From positions 544,001 to 608,000 of the forward strand of contig JBJMOW010000005.1 in the NCBI GenBank assembly GCA_045803545.1: a DNA stretch of 64,000 nucleotides. Reading direction: 5' to 3'. Positions 32,950 to 43,133 of the stretch are shown one piece after another; the first letter of the stretch is position 1; the number at the start of each line of letters is the position of its first letter. The DNA is from Gemmatimonadaceae bacterium (GTDB lineage Bacteria; Gemmatimonadota; Gemmatimonadetes; Gemmatimonadales; Gemmatimonadaceae). The notes beneath the pieces are model-generated. The model was not told where the DNA came from. It searched no databases and saw only the letters and a program-made list of their open reading frames with translations. The position numbers and the translations under genes were made by a program.

Positions 32950-33323
32950 TTATGGACAGGTAATCTCCCAAATCGACGCGCCGGTGGTGGTGATTGAGCA
33001 CGTCTTCGCGGTTTTGTTGTGGGTTGCTACTGCATGCCAACTGGGCGGCGGTCCTGCGTCAACAGTCGCAGCCACCATTACGCCTGGCGTCGAAGCGAAG
33101 CCCTGCGTCCCGCCGCTTCCCGCGAAGTAACTACCCTGGCTGTCCATGAGGTAGTTCTGCTCGTACAGAGCGAAGTTGCGGAGATCGGCTTCATCGACGC
33201 GACGTAGGCGGCGTCTTTCGTGTCCAGGTACTTGGCGATGGCGATGCCCGAGAGAATCCCGAGCACCACGAGAACGACAAGTACTTCGATTAGCGTGAAG
33301 CCGGCCCGGGAACCGCGCATCAC
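32950..33323 (-). pseudogene. Type IV pilin paralog with a single-base frameshift (or sequencing error)
   Basis: GFTLIEVLVV...AAYVASMK continues in another frame as ADLRNFALYEQNY...GPPPSW...KTC...ITCP, collinear with the pilin at 34244; one G missing near 33189. Confidence 0.85.
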
Positions 33324-33327
33324 GCGC

Positions 33328-33924
33328 CTACTTGGCCGCTTTCTCCGTCTTCCCTTTAAAGAGGTAGGCGTACTGGCCGTACCCCTCCGCCTCCAACTGA
33401 TCGGCTGGAATGAAGCGCATTGACGCTGAGTTCATGCAGTACCGGAGTCCCGTTGGCCGCGGTCCATCATCAAACACGTGACCAAGGTGTGAGTCGGCGT
33501 GCGCTGACCGGACTTCGGTGCGCTCGTAACCGAGCACTCGGTCCGTCTTCGTATGGATATTGGCGGGCTCGAGTGGTCGCGTGAAGCTTGGCCAGCCCGT
33601 TCCCGAGTCGAACTTGTCGAGCGAGCTGAAAAGCGGCTCCCCGGAAACGACGTCGACATAAATGCCCGGCTCGTGGTTGTCCCAATACACATTGCGAAAC
33701 GGAGTCTCTGTCGCTTCGTGCTGCGTCACTTCGTATTGCAGAGCGGTGAGCTTCTTCTTGAGATCGGAGTCAGTTGGTTTCACAAAAGCTTTCCTCGCTG
33801 TCAGCGCGGGAGAGGAAGCAGACGCGGGCGTGGCGCGCGTCTGTGCGGTCAATTGCGATGCGGAAAGAATCAGGAACGAGATCAGGGCGCCGCCGAGGCG
33901 GATGGTCGTTTTATCGCCCCCCAT
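33328..33924 (-). CDS. msrB: Peptide-methionine (R)-S-oxide reductase with signal peptide
   Basis: [33 protein letters not shown]; start uncertain. Confidence 0.92.
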   Translation of the reverse strand: MGGDKTTIRLGGALISFLILSASQLTAQTRATPASASSPALTARKAFVKPTDSDLKKKLTALQYEVTQHEATETPFRNVYWDNHEPGIYVDVVSGEPLFSSLDKFDSGTGWPSFTRPLEPANIHTKTDRVLGYERTEVRSAHADSHLGHVFDDGPRPTGLRYCMNSASMRFIPADQLEAEGYGQYAYLFKGKTEKAAK

Positions 33925-34243
33925 ACTATTGTATTGCATTTCCACCTCAGGTAATTCCCTTATATACTCGGTGACTGTTGCAATGATTCCCCTCGAAACT
34001 ACGCTATTGATACCCAAATCAGCGTGGCACGTTGCGAGGCCACTCGCAAAATGCGGCGAAGCGAAGGCCGGGGGAAACCACGACGCATAAAGGTAAGTGA
34101 TTGATGCTTCTGATGTTGCGATAGCGACGAGAACGCGGTTTGGCGATTGCCATATACCGGTTGCCGCCTCTAAGACCGCTGCGTCTTTTGAGCACCAAGG
34201 ACCCGTCGGTCCGCGGCGTAATCCAACGCTTCAGGAGATTTTA

Positions 34244-34612
34244 ATGCTTCGCAACAAGAAGGGTTTTACCCTCATTGAGCTTCTGATCGTGGTCGTCATT
34301 ATCGGTATTCTTGCCGCGATCGCGATTCCGAAGTTCGCCAACACGAAGGACAAGGCTTACGTCGCTGCGATGAAGTCGGACCTTCGTAACGTTGCTACGT
34401 ATGAAGAGCAGTATGCCGCTGACAACCAAGGTGCGTACTTCTCGGGAACCGCGACCTCCGCGGCTCCGCTGCAGGGCTTCACGCCTTCGCAGAACGTCAC
34501 GATCGTCGTGACTTCGGTTGCCGGCCCGCCTCCGTCATGGAGCGCGACCGCGACGCACTCGCAGTCAGCTAAGACCTGCGATATGACCAACGGTGTCATT
34601 ACCTGCACCTGA
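34244..34612 (+). CDS. pilA: Type IVa major pilin
   Basis: KKG/FTLIELLIVVVIIGILAAIAIP prepilin motif with E5; C-terminal Cys pair; AGGAG RBS; own terminator. Confidence 0.9.
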   Translation: MLRNKKGFTLIELLIVVVIIGILAAIAIPKFANTKDKAYVAAMKSDLRNVATYEEQYAADNQGAYFSGTATSAAPLQGFTPSQNVTIVVTSVAGPPPSWSATATHSQSAKTCDMTNGVITCT

Positions 34613-34634
34613 TCATAGATTCGCGTAGAACGAG

Positions 34635-34667
34635 AACGGAGCGTCGAGAGACGCTCCGTTTTTTTTT
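34635..34667 (+). terminator. Rho-independent terminator after pilA
   Basis: AACGGAGCGTC-GAGA-GACGCTCCGTT followed by a T-run. Confidence 0.92.
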
Positions 34668-34715
34668 GGCCGCGTCGCGGTAAGTTTCAGGCTTCCACAA
34701 CCAAATCTCTAACTC

Positions 34716-36773
34716 ATGCTCGATCTTCGCTCGCGCATTGGTGCAGCCTTCGCGATTGGTTTTCTCGCCACTCATCCACTCGGCGCGCAGTCACCGCAGC
34801 AGCCTCCAGTTGTCATTCCACCTGTTGAGATAGTCGCCACGCGCATTCCCGAGGCGCCGCACGACGTGCCCGCTTCCGTCGAGGTGATAAGCGGCGCCGA
34901 TCTCCGCGCACGCGGCGCCAGGTCGCTGAGTGATGCGCTGTCGCTCGCTGCCGGAATCGCGGTTGCGGCTGGGGGTGACGCCGGTCCCGCCAGCGCGGTG
35001 CCGGAGTTCTGGGGGCTTCGCGAGTTCGACGCATTTCTGCTCGTCGTTGACGGTGTGCCCTGGGGTGGCGCACTCAATCCGGCGATCTCCACCCTCAGCT
35101 TGCGCGATGTCGACCGAATCGAAGTACTCCGTGGCCCAGCGCCAGTTACGTACGGGGCAACATCGTTCGTTGGAGTAATTCACGTCGTGCATTCGGGCGC
35201 TGCGAGCCGCGCCACTTACGCGGATATTCATGGTGGCAGCTTCGGAACCGGCGGCGGCGGGATCGACCTCGGGTTGCCGGCGCTCGGTGCTTGGACGTCG
35301 AGACTGAGCGCTGACGTCGATCGCTTCGGTTTCCGCGACGACCACACATCGATCACACGCGGACACGCGCTGTTGCGCACCGATAGACCGTTCGCCAGCG
35401 GTCAGCTCTGGCTCACCAGCGATCTCAACGTCCTGCGCCAGGATCCGGCTAGTCCGCATCCGCGTGTCGGCACCGATCTCACTTTGGCGGTACCGCTCGA
35501 CGCCAACCACAATCCCGCGGGCGCCCACATCAATGACAACAAGATCGCGGTGGCGGCTGGATTCGATCGCAACATTTTCAGCAATGTCGCGTGGGGAACT
35601 ACAGCTTCCTTCGCCTTCACCGCCAACGATCAGTTCCGTGGGTTCCTGACCGACGTCTCCGACTCACCGGACAACGCGTCGGGATACAAAGAGACAATAG
35701 ACATCCATGATTTCTACGCGGATACGCACGTCATCTGGCCCGCAATCTCACAGCTCCGCCTGATGGCTGGAGCGGACGCACTTCTCGCCGGTGGCGAGGC
35801 GCGCGGTGCAACGTTCACATATACCGCACCTTTGAGCGGCGCACAGCAGGCGTCGGTGGCCGAGCCAAGTAATCTCAATCTCGATGCAGGAGATGATCGT
35901 CGTTTTCTTGGTGCATACAGCTCCGCAGAATGGAAACCGATCAATCGTTTGTCGCTGAGTGCCGGACTGCGTCTCAATTCGACCGCTGAGAGCCGCGGCG
36001 AGGGTGCAGAAGTCACCCACACGCGGCTAAGCGGCAGCATTGGCACCGTGCTGGGGCTGTTCGAGCGAGACGTCGACCATGTCAGGCTGTTCGCGAACTA
36101 CAAGAACACCTTCAAGCCAGCCGCATTCGACTTCAGCCTTGCTGAAAACGAGGGCGTACTCGATCCGGAGACTTCTCAGAGTTACGAGGCCGGGTTAAAA
36201 GTTCGTGCGCTCGAGGGACGCCTCGATGTCGAGGCCAGCACGTTCCGGATGGATTTCGAGAACCTCGTCACTGCGACGATCGTGAACAACCTTCCTTCGC
36301 TGATCAATTCCGGCAAGACACGCTTCAAGGGCGTCGAGCTCGCAACTGAGCTCCGCATGCCGTTCTCCACGCTCGCCCGCGCGACCTACAGCTTCCACGA
36401 CGGAAAGTTCGTCGACTTCGTACAGGATTTCGGGGGCGTTCCGACCCAGCTCGGCGGAAACAGGATCGAGATGTCAGCGCGCCATCTCGCGTCCGCTGGA
36501 TTCACATACGCGCCCGAAAGCGGATTTACCGCTTATACCAGCTTCAACTATACAGGCAACCGCTTCCTCGATAAGCGGAACAATTCGTTGGCGAAGCCGT
36601 TCACCACGTTTGATGCCGGCTTTGGCTTCCGGCAGAACAGATTGGAGTTCCGGATCGACGGCCGAAATCTTACGAATCGCCGAGACGCCGTTTCCGAAAG
36701 CGAGTTTGGCGACGCGCAGTACTATCGCATGCCAGCGCGGACCATTCAAACCGGGGTCTCGGTGCGGTATTAG
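34716..36773 (+). CDS. TonB-dependent receptor
   Basis: Signal peptide, plug motif VDRIEVLRGP, barrel ending NLTN...PARTIQTGVSVRY. Confidence 0.92.
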   Translation: MLDLRSRIGAAFAIGFLATHPLGAQSPQQPPVVIPPVEIVATRIPEAPHDVPASVEVISGADLRARGARSLSDALSLAAGIAVAAGGDAGPASAVPEFWGLREFDAFLLVVDGVPWGGALNPAISTLSLRDVDRIEVLRGPAPVTYGATSFVGVIHVVHSGAASRATYADIHGGSFGTGGGGIDLGLPALGAWTSRLSADVDRFGFRDDHTSITRGHALLRTDRPFASGQLWLTSDLNVLRQDPASPHPRVGTDLTLAVPLDANHNPAGAHINDNKIAVAAGFDRNIFSNVAWGTTASFAFTANDQFRGFLTDVSDSPDNASGYKETIDIHDFYADTHVIWPAISQLRLMAGADALLAGGEARGATFTYTAPLSGAQQASVAEPSNLNLDAGDDRRFLGAYSSAEWKPINRLSLSAGLRLNSTAESRGEGAEVTHTRLSGSIGTVLGLFERDVDHVRLFANYKNTFKPAAFDFSLAENEGVLDPETSQSYEAGLKVRALEGRLDVEASTFRMDFENLVTATIVNNLPSLINSGKTRFKGVELATELRMPFSTLARATYSFHDGKFVDFVQDFGGVPTQLGGNRIEMSARHLASAGFTYAPESGFTAYTSFNYTGNRFLDKRNNSLAKPFTTFDAGFGFRQNRLEFRIDGRNLTNRRDAVSESEFGDAQYYRMPARTIQTGVSVRY

Positions 36774-36779
36774 GCGCCA

Positions 36780-37346
36780 TCACTTGCGGCCCGCCAGGAT
36801 CAGTTCGACCCAGGCTGCATACGCATCGACAAAAAGCTTTAGAAAATGCCGGGTCGAATCGTTGGTCAGATTTCCACTCTCATCGAACAGTTTTCCGGCG
36901 CCGCCGATATAAGCTTCCGGTTGCTGCATAGTCGGCACGTTGAGAAAGACAAGCATCTGACGTAAATGGTGATTGGCGCCAAAGCCGGAGATGCTCCCCG
37001 GTGAGACGCTGATAACTGCGCCTGGCTTGCCGTTGAATACGTTGCTCTCCTTCGGCCGCGACGCCACATCGATCGCGTTCTTGAGCACGCCAGGGACGGA
37101 GCGATTGTACTCGGGGGTCGCAAACAGCAACGCGTCAGCCGGCCTCACCGTGTCGCGCAAAGCCAGCCAGTCAATCGGCGGCGTCGGTTCGAGATCCTGA
37201 TTGTAGTGAGAGACGCCGCCGATATCGACGATCTCAAATTCGAGCGAACGCGGCGCAAGACTGAAAACGGCTTTCGCGACTTTGCGCGTTAGTGATTCCT
37301 TGCGCAGACTGCCCACGAATACAGCGACTTTGCGTTGTGCTGGCAC
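36780..37346 (-). CDS. NAD(P)H-dependent FMN reductase (ChrR/SsuE-like)
   Basis: VGSLRKES, TPEYNRSVPGVLKNAID, GANHHLRQ, QQPEAY. Confidence 0.92.
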   Translation of the reverse strand: MPAQRKVAVFVGSLRKESLTRKVAKAVFSLAPRSLEFEIVDIGGVSHYNQDLEPTPPIDWLALRDTVRPADALLFATPEYNRSVPGVLKNAIDVASRPKESNVFNGKPGAVISVSPGSISGFGANHHLRQMLVFLNVPTMQQPEAYIGGAGKLFDESGNLTNDSTRHFLKLFVDAYAAWVELILAGRK

Positions 37347-37540
37347 TTGCGTCAAAAGAAATGCGCGTCGTATGTGCGGAAACGATGCTAACCAGGCGCA
37401 CTCTGCGGGCCATGCCCGCACCTTATGACAACATATTCGTGATCGGTCAGGTGACTCAAGCGCTGGGGCATGCGTCAGAATGGCAACAGGTTCGGTTATC
37501 CGAGTCTCGAAGATTAATGAACACGGCCTGGAGGCCCTTT

Positions 37541-38200
37541 ATGAAGTTTGCTTTATTCGTTAGCGCGGTTGCTGGCGTAGCCGTTTGCGCAGCCAGTGCG
37601 ACCGCCCAAGTCTGTCAGGGTGATCTTTCATTCCGCAGCTCGACTCACCTCGGCGCCGCATTAGCAATGACGGACCACACGACGTCGTTTGGTGGCGGGG
37701 CGGCCTGGGGACATCGTCAGGGGCTCTACGGCGGTGCTTCAGTCGGAATCCTGAACTACGATGCCGGCGTTGGTAACGCCGTCGCAGTTGGCGGTGGCGT
37801 CGGCTACCAGATGCCATTGCAGGCAAGAAGCAACTGGCAGCTCTGCCCCGGCGGTACACTGTCACTCAGCTTCGGACCGAATACCAACGGTGCGAAGATC
37901 TCGACTCAGACGCTTACCATGGGTGCTTCGACAGGCACCTCGCTGCCGCTCAGCAAGAGCGTCAATTTGCTGCCGTATGCTTCAGCAGCGTTTGCACATA
38001 CCCGCCTCGCAGTAAGCGCCAACGGTAACTCGGGCTCGGTCAGCGACAATTACCTGCTGCTGGGTTTCGGCGCTGGGTTCCAGCTCACACCGAACTTCGT
38101 CCTCCGTCCTTCGCTCCAGCTTGCTGCGGCGACTGACAATCCCGACGACACGACTTTCGGCTTGAGCATGACCTTCGCTCTTCCGCACCGCGGTCGCTAA
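37541..38200 (+). CDS. Outer-membrane beta-barrel protein
   Basis: GGAGG RBS, signal peptide, alternating Gly/aromatic beta-strand pattern. Confidence 0.75.
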   Translation: MKFALFVSAVAGVAVCAASATAQVCQGDLSFRSSTHLGAALAMTDHTTSFGGGAAWGHRQGLYGGASVGILNYDAGVGNAVAVGGGVGYQMPLQARSNWQLCPGGTLSLSFGPNTNGAKISTQTLTMGASTGTSLPLSKSVNLLPYASAAFAHTRLAVSANGNSGSVSDNYLLLGFGAGFQLTPNFVLRPSLQLAAATDNPDDTTFGLSMTFALPHRGR

Positions 38201-38215
38201 GCAACAGATAGAACT

Positions 38216-38251
38216 AAAAAGCGCCGGGACATTTCCCGGCGCTTTTTTTTT
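38216..38251. terminator. Bidirectional rho-independent terminator
   Basis: AAAAAGCGCCGGGA-CATT-TCCCGGCGCTTTTTTTTT between convergent genes. Confidence 0.92.
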
Positions 38252-38275
38252 GCCTGCCCGACTGCCGCCTCCCGC

Positions 38276-39664
38276 TTACGTACAGCCCTGTGTTGGTGCC
38301 GGCACCCTCGCCAGACACTCAGCCTCGGGGAATGGGAAACGACTAAAGATGTTGTGCGTCGCCAAAGCCTTGGGCAGCGTGTTCAGCAGATTGAACCTGC
38401 GGGCATCAATCCATCGATGGCCCCCTTCAAATAACAGTGAATAACGACGCTGCTTCACAAGCTCCGCTATGAAATCGGCGTTGCCAGTGAACGGACCGCG
38501 CGGCGCCAGCCCGCCCGAGGTGGTTCGGATGAAGTTGATATCGGTGAGTGCGCCTGCCTGATCGCCCGTAAAATATCTCGCCTCCGCGCGGAGCAGGATC
38601 AGCTCCTCGTTGCGAATGATCGGCACCGGTGCGCTCGGCGAGTTGTAGATCGTGAAAACCAGATCACTCGAAATGCCCTGCACCGTGTGAACGTCTGGCA
38701 GATGCGCGACCTTCGCGAGGACGCGCGCATCCAACGCGCCGCTCGGCTGGCGCTCCGCATCCGTCTCGATCGACGGATGCGCGAGAATCGCTCTGCCCGC
38801 CGGGTCGTAAAGGGCGTTCGGCAAATCACCGGAGCCAGTGCTGAAAGAGTGATATGCACCAAGCGTTAGCGGCGCTGTCGTGCTGAGGAACGATCCGGTC
38901 AGCGCTGTCAAAGCTGCTGCGTAGTTGCTGCGGTATGCCTCGACGCGCGCCTTGAGCGCTCGATTGAATGTCGAGAACGTCGTCGGGGTGTTGAAGTCCG
39001 CGAACCCGGGGCTCAGGGTGAACGGAAAATCAGTCCCGCCCGCGGTGAGGTCGGTTAGCCCCTTGTCGAGCAAATTTGAAATTGCCGCGAACATATCCGC
39101 CTTCGTCTCGATCGGAGCGGGAGTCGCCGTCGGCGCGATGTTGACGTCAAGCGGCGCGCCGAGGTCGTCACGGGTGTTGATGACATTCAGGTAATCGAGC
39201 GCCTGTATCGTCTCAGCGAAACCGCGGACTGCTGACTTCTCGACATCGGTCAGGTCCGCCACCTTTTCCACTGCAGCCAGCAGATTGTTTGCGTTGCGGA
39301 CGTCCCGATAGGGATCAGCGAAGAGGTTGCCGCCGAATGCGGGACTGCCGCCATCGAGCGGACCGATCAGCATCTCGGTGATGAAACGCGGATCCGCCGG
39401 ATCGAAGTTGTACGACTCGCGTCCCAGAATTCCGAGTAGCGATATATAGCCGTTTTGCTCGGCGATTCCCGCACGAGTACCAACGAGCAGTCCCTGCGCC
39501 GCTTGTGCGACTTTTGTCGGCGTCGGGTTGTTGGTGAGATCGTCGATGCTGGAATCGTTGTAATCCGGAACGACGAGGTCCTTGCAGGCACTGATCATTA
39601 CCAGAGTCGCGCCCGCGCAGATAATGCGCGCCGCTCTCTTTGTGATGGCTCGAATGTCAGTCAT
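38276..39664 (-). CDS. RagB/SusD family outer-membrane lipoprotein
   Basis: Lipobox ISAC; IRNEELILLRAEA, RRYSLLFEGGHRWIDARR. Confidence 0.9.
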   Translation of the reverse strand: MTDIRAITKRAARIICAGATLVMISACKDLVVPDYNDSSIDDLTNNPTPTKVAQAAQGLLVGTRAGIAEQNGYISLLGILGRESYNFDPADPRFITEMLIGPLDGGSPAFGGNLFADPYRDVRNANNLLAAVEKVADLTDVEKSAVRGFAETIQALDYLNVINTRDDLGAPLDVNIAPTATPAPIETKADMFAAISNLLDKGLTDLTAGGTDFPFTLSPGFADFNTPTTFSTFNRALKARVEAYRSNYAAALTALTGSFLSTTAPLTLGAYHSFSTGSGDLPNALYDPAGRAILAHPSIETDAERQPSGALDARVLAKVAHLPDVHTVQGISSDLVFTIYNSPSAPVPIIRNEELILLRAEARYFTGDQAGALTDINFIRTTSGGLAPRGPFTGNADFIAELVKQRRYSLLFEGGHRWIDARRFNLLNTLPKALATHNIFSRFPFPEAECLARVPAPTQGCT

Positions 39665-39666
39665 GG

Positions 39667-42633
39667 TTAAAACCCCAGGTTGACTGAGAACCAGAAGCTG
39701 CGACTGGGCGGGAATGGCGCTACGTCGATGTTCCGCCCAATCGGTTGGTTGCCGAAGTTGCTTACCTCCGGATCCATTCCGGTGTAGTTGGTATGCGTCC
39801 ACAGGTTTCTACCGCTGAAGCTGATGTCAGCCGTGCGCACACCACGTGCGAGTCGCGACACCATCGTCGACGGCAACTCGAATGACAGGGTGACCTCACG
39901 GAGCTTGAGGAACGACGCATCCTCGACATACATAGCCGTCTGCTTCGGGAATAACCGCAGGCGGTTGGCACCTTTCGTGGTTTGCAGTCCGCCGTACGTG
40001 ATTGGATCTGCGTAGTCAGCCGTGTTCTGGCCGAGATCGTAAAGGAATTTGGTCAGGTTGATGATGCTTCCGCCGTGCTGCCAATCGAGCAATCCATACA
40101 GGCGTGCTCGCTTGTAACGGAAATTGTTGGCGAACGACATCGTGAAATCCGGATTGGCGTCGCCGATCTTTCGCACCACGACCGATCCATCGGGAAGACT
40201 GTCGTTGCCGACGATCTGTGTCGCCGACGCGCCTTCCTCGAACTGGAACGATCCGAGTGCTGTTCCGAATCCGAGCCCGCGGAAAGTCGGCACGGGTAGC
40301 TGCACGATCTTGCTGCGAGTCGAAGCGTACCCGCTGCGGAACATCCACTCTGCGTCACCCGTTTGAATCGGGAACAGCGTGACACCGATCTCCGCGCCGG
40401 TGGTGCGCAGCTTACCACCATTGAAGTTCTCGAAGACGAACCCCGACGATGGCGGCAGTGTGCGCGTGAGTAACAAGTCCGAGATGTCCTTTCTGAAACC
40501 GGTGATCTCCAGTGCAGCTCGTCCGCCGGCGAGTGTCAGATCGGTTCCTGCCTCGAACTCACGCTGCCTCTCAGGATGCAGATTGGTCGAGCCCACCGTT
40601 CCCACCTCGGGAACTGTGAGGCCCGGTAATCCGGCGATGTTGCTGATCGCGCTCAGCGGCGTGAACTTCTGTCCGAACAGCGGTTCGTTGCCCGATTGTC
40701 CGTAGGCCGCGCGGATCTTAGCTTCGGTCACATAGCGAAACGGCTGCGGGAATCGGAACGAGCCGGAGAACTTCGGATAGTAGAAGTACTTCTCGGTATC
40801 GCTATTCGCGCTACTGCGGTCAGCGTTGATGCCGGCAGTGAGCAGCAGCCGTTCACTCAGGGTCAGAAACTCTTCCTGCGCGAACAGACCGAAGTTCTCG
40901 ACGCGCTCGCGGTCTTCCAGCACGTGCACATCCGTGCCCGCACCCACGATCGTTAAACCGCCGACCAGATTGCGGCTGACGATGCGCGAGATACGAAGGT
41001 CTCGACTCGAACCGTTGACGCCGACCGATGTCGTCGCGGTAAACGCACCGCTCTGCGGAGCCACCGTCAGGACAGCGTTCGATCCGAGATTCAGATTGAG
41101 GTTATTGCTGTTGCTGAGCAGAGCCGTGCCCGGCTCGCCGTCGTCCAGCGGCTCGAACTGCAGCTCTGGCGGGAAGATCAGGGAGTTCTCCTGGCTGAAT
41201 TGATCGGCGCCGCCGTTTAGCTCGAAGCGCAGGCTGTATGCCTGCTGCTGAATGGCGTTGAAGGTGAGTCGACCGGAAAGAATCGACCGATTCACCTTTT
41301 CGTCGTTCTTCATCAGCGCCGCTGTTTGCAGCGGATTGCTGATGGCGAACGGGTTGTTCGGATAAAGCCCCGCTGCCGGCTGCAAATTGACGAAGTTCGG
41401 CGTGAACGGCAGCACCATCCAGAAACTCACGCTGGCGTTGTCGTTATTGGTGAGCCCCCGCTGCGCCAGAGACTTGAGGACGTTCGTTTGAAGACTCAGG
41501 TTGAGTCTCTTTCCGAAATCCTGATCAAGGTTTGCACGCACCGAGCGCTTCTCGTAACCAGTGTTGTCGATGATGCCGCCATCGTTCTGCCAGAGGCCTG
41601 AGGCGAAGTAGCGGGTATCGGAATCACCGCCGCTGATGTCTACGACACTTTCACTGGAGAGCGGAGTGCGGCCAGCGAGCTCCTTCTCATGATCGTAAGT
41701 CACACCCTGCTGGTAGAAGGTCGACGCCGATGGTCCCCAGACGCCAACGGCCTCGGGCAGGCTGTTGAAGGTGCGAGATCCCAGCGTCTTCGAGACCTTC
41801 GAGAACCCGAGGCGCTGGGTAGCGTTGACCTGCCGCTCACCGGCGCGGCCGCGACGAGTAGTGATGATTACCACACCGTTTGAGGCGCGCGACCCGTAAA
41901 TCGCCGACGCCGACGCACCCTTCAACACCTCGATGTTCTCAATGTCGTTTGGGTTGATGTCGGCGATGCGGTTGACCTGGTTGTCCTGCGTCAACGATTG
42001 ATTCGACCCCTGCGTCGCCTTCGTCACCGCATTCTGGTTCGACGGAATAGCGACGTTGCTGAGAACGACGCCGTCGACGACGTAGAGCGGCTCCGACGAG
42101 CCGTTGATCGAGGTGACGCCTCTCAGCTGCATTTGCATGCCACCACCGGGCGCACCGGAGTTGGCCTGAATGGATGCGCCGACGACTTTACCTTGCAGCG
42201 CCTGCTCCACGGTCTGCGACGCAACACGCGACAAATCTTCTCCGCTGACTGTGGCGATCGCATTTGCGAGATTACGCCGCTCTACTCCTGTAGCCTGACC
42301 CGTAACAACTACGTCCGAGAGTCGAAGCGGATCACGCGTAAGCGTAATGCGAACATCGTTCTGGCCCGGAGCGACGACGACGTCGGCTGGATTGCTGCCG
42401 ATGCGTCGGATGGTGACGGTGACACCGGCCTGCGGCACGCTGCCGAGTGTAAATTGGCCGGACGCACCGGTGGTGGTGGTGAGCGCGGTACCGCGCACAG
42501 ACACTCGGGCTCCCTCGAGTGGTTGACCCGTGGAGGCATCAACGACCGTTCCTGTCACTGTGCGCGTTTGCGCAGCAGCGGGAATGGGCCCCAGCAACAA
42601 TGCGGCGGCAACCAAGGCACAACTCAAACGCAT
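39667..42633 (-). CDS. SusC/RagA family TonB-linked outer-membrane transporter
   Basis: IENIEVLKGASASAIYGSRASNGVVIITT, YVEDASFLKLRE, YTGMDPE, C-terminal F; GGAGG RBS. Confidence 0.95.
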   Translation of the reverse strand: MRLSCALVAAALLLGPIPAAAQTRTVTGTVVDASTGQPLEGARVSVRGTALTTTTGASGQFTLGSVPQAGVTVTIRRIGSNPADVVVAPGQNDVRITLTRDPLRLSDVVVTGQATGVERRNLANAIATVSGEDLSRVASQTVEQALQGKVVGASIQANSGAPGGGMQMQLRGVTSINGSSEPLYVVDGVVLSNVAIPSNQNAVTKATQGSNQSLTQDNQVNRIADINPNDIENIEVLKGASASAIYGSRASNGVVIITTRRGRAGERQVNATQRLGFSKVSKTLGSRTFNSLPEAVGVWGPSASTFYQQGVTYDHEKELAGRTPLSSESVVDISGGDSDTRYFASGLWQNDGGIIDNTGYEKRSVRANLDQDFGKRLNLSLQTNVLKSLAQRGLTNNDNASVSFWMVLPFTPNFVNLQPAAGLYPNNPFAISNPLQTAALMKNDEKVNRSILSGRLTFNAIQQQAYSLRFELNGGADQFSQENSLIFPPELQFEPLDDGEPGTALLSNSNNLNLNLGSNAVLTVAPQSGAFTATTSVGVNGSSRDLRISRIVSRNLVGGLTIVGAGTDVHVLEDRERVENFGLFAQEEFLTLSERLLLTAGINADRSSANSDTEKYFYYPKFSGSFRFPQPFRYVTEAKIRAAYGQSGNEPLFGQKFTPLSAISNIAGLPGLTVPEVGTVGSTNLHPERQREFEAGTDLTLAGGRAALEITGFRKDISDLLLTRTLPPSSGFVFENFNGGKLRTTGAEIGVTLFPIQTGDAEWMFRSGYASTRSKIVQLPVPTFRGLGFGTALGSFQFEEGASATQIVGNDSLPDGSVVVRKIGDANPDFTMSFANNFRYKRARLYGLLDWQHGGSIINLTKFLYDLGQNTADYADPITYGGLQTTKGANRLRLFPKQTAMYVEDASFLKLREVTLSFELPSTMVSRLARGVRTADISFSGRNLWTHTNYTGMDPEVSNFGNQPIGRNIDVAPFPPSRSFWFSVNLGF

Positions 42634-42891
42634 ACAGCCTCCAGTATGTTGAGAGTGACACGCTGCCAGGTGCAGCGACTTTCCCGTGACTTGTTTCACA
42701 GGTTTGGTCGCGTTGGTCTGGGTAGGGCGGGCGCTCAACCTCTACTGTCGGCTTGTTGATCTGTCAATAGAAAACTCCCCGGCCCTCACCCAGGATTGAT
42801 GAGGAGAAAACAACATCGTGGCGGCGTGACGGTTGTGACGCCGTGGGCGGCCAACTATTATGCGCAGTCCGAGAGCACAATTTCACCGGCA

Positions 42892-42965
42892 CGGGACGTA
42901 GCGCAGCCCGGTAGCGCACCTGAATGGGGTTCAGGGGGTCGCGGGTTCAAATCCCGCCGTCCCGA
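42892..42965 (+). tRNA. tRNA-Pro(GGG), integration target; CCA not encoded
   Basis: CGGGACGTAGCGCAGCCCGGTAGCGCA, anticodon arm CCTGA-ATGGGGT-TCAGG, T-loop GGTTCAAATCC. Confidence 0.97.
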
Positions 42966-42967
42966 TT
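42923..42967 (+). repeat. att site (tRNA-proximal), 45-bp direct repeat
   Basis: AATGGGGTTCAGGGGGTCGCGGGTTCAAATCCCGCCGTCCCGATT, identical to 54340-54384. Confidence 0.95.
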
Positions 42968-42995
42968 TTGTAAGTGATTGACTGCGAGTTAGATA

Positions 42996-43032
42996 GAAGG
43001 CGGGAGCCATAATCATTTAAGGCTCCCGTTTC
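42996..43032 (+). terminator. Element-borne hairpin/terminator downstream of tRNA-Pro
   Basis: GGCGGGAGCC...GGCTCCCGTT stem followed by T-rich sequence. Confidence 0.6.
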
Positions 43033-43039
43033 TGCGTTT

Positions 43040-43059
43040 TGGTGCGATAATGGTGCGAT
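43040..43059 (+). repeat. Putative integrase arm-type sites (tRNA-proximal pair)
   Basis: TGGTGCGAT followed by AATGGTGCGAT; the same motif is paired at 54191-54213. Confidence 0.7.
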
Positions 43060-43133
43060 TCTTTTTTTTTCTTGGCACGCACCGAATCTGGCTAAATGAA
43101 CGTGCGCGGGTTCCTCTTACCGATCCGAACGCT

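Noticed and set aside
34025..34040. Sigma54 promoter for pilA (TGGCAC...)
   Set aside because: The TTGC is too close to the GG; -24/-12 spacing is wrong
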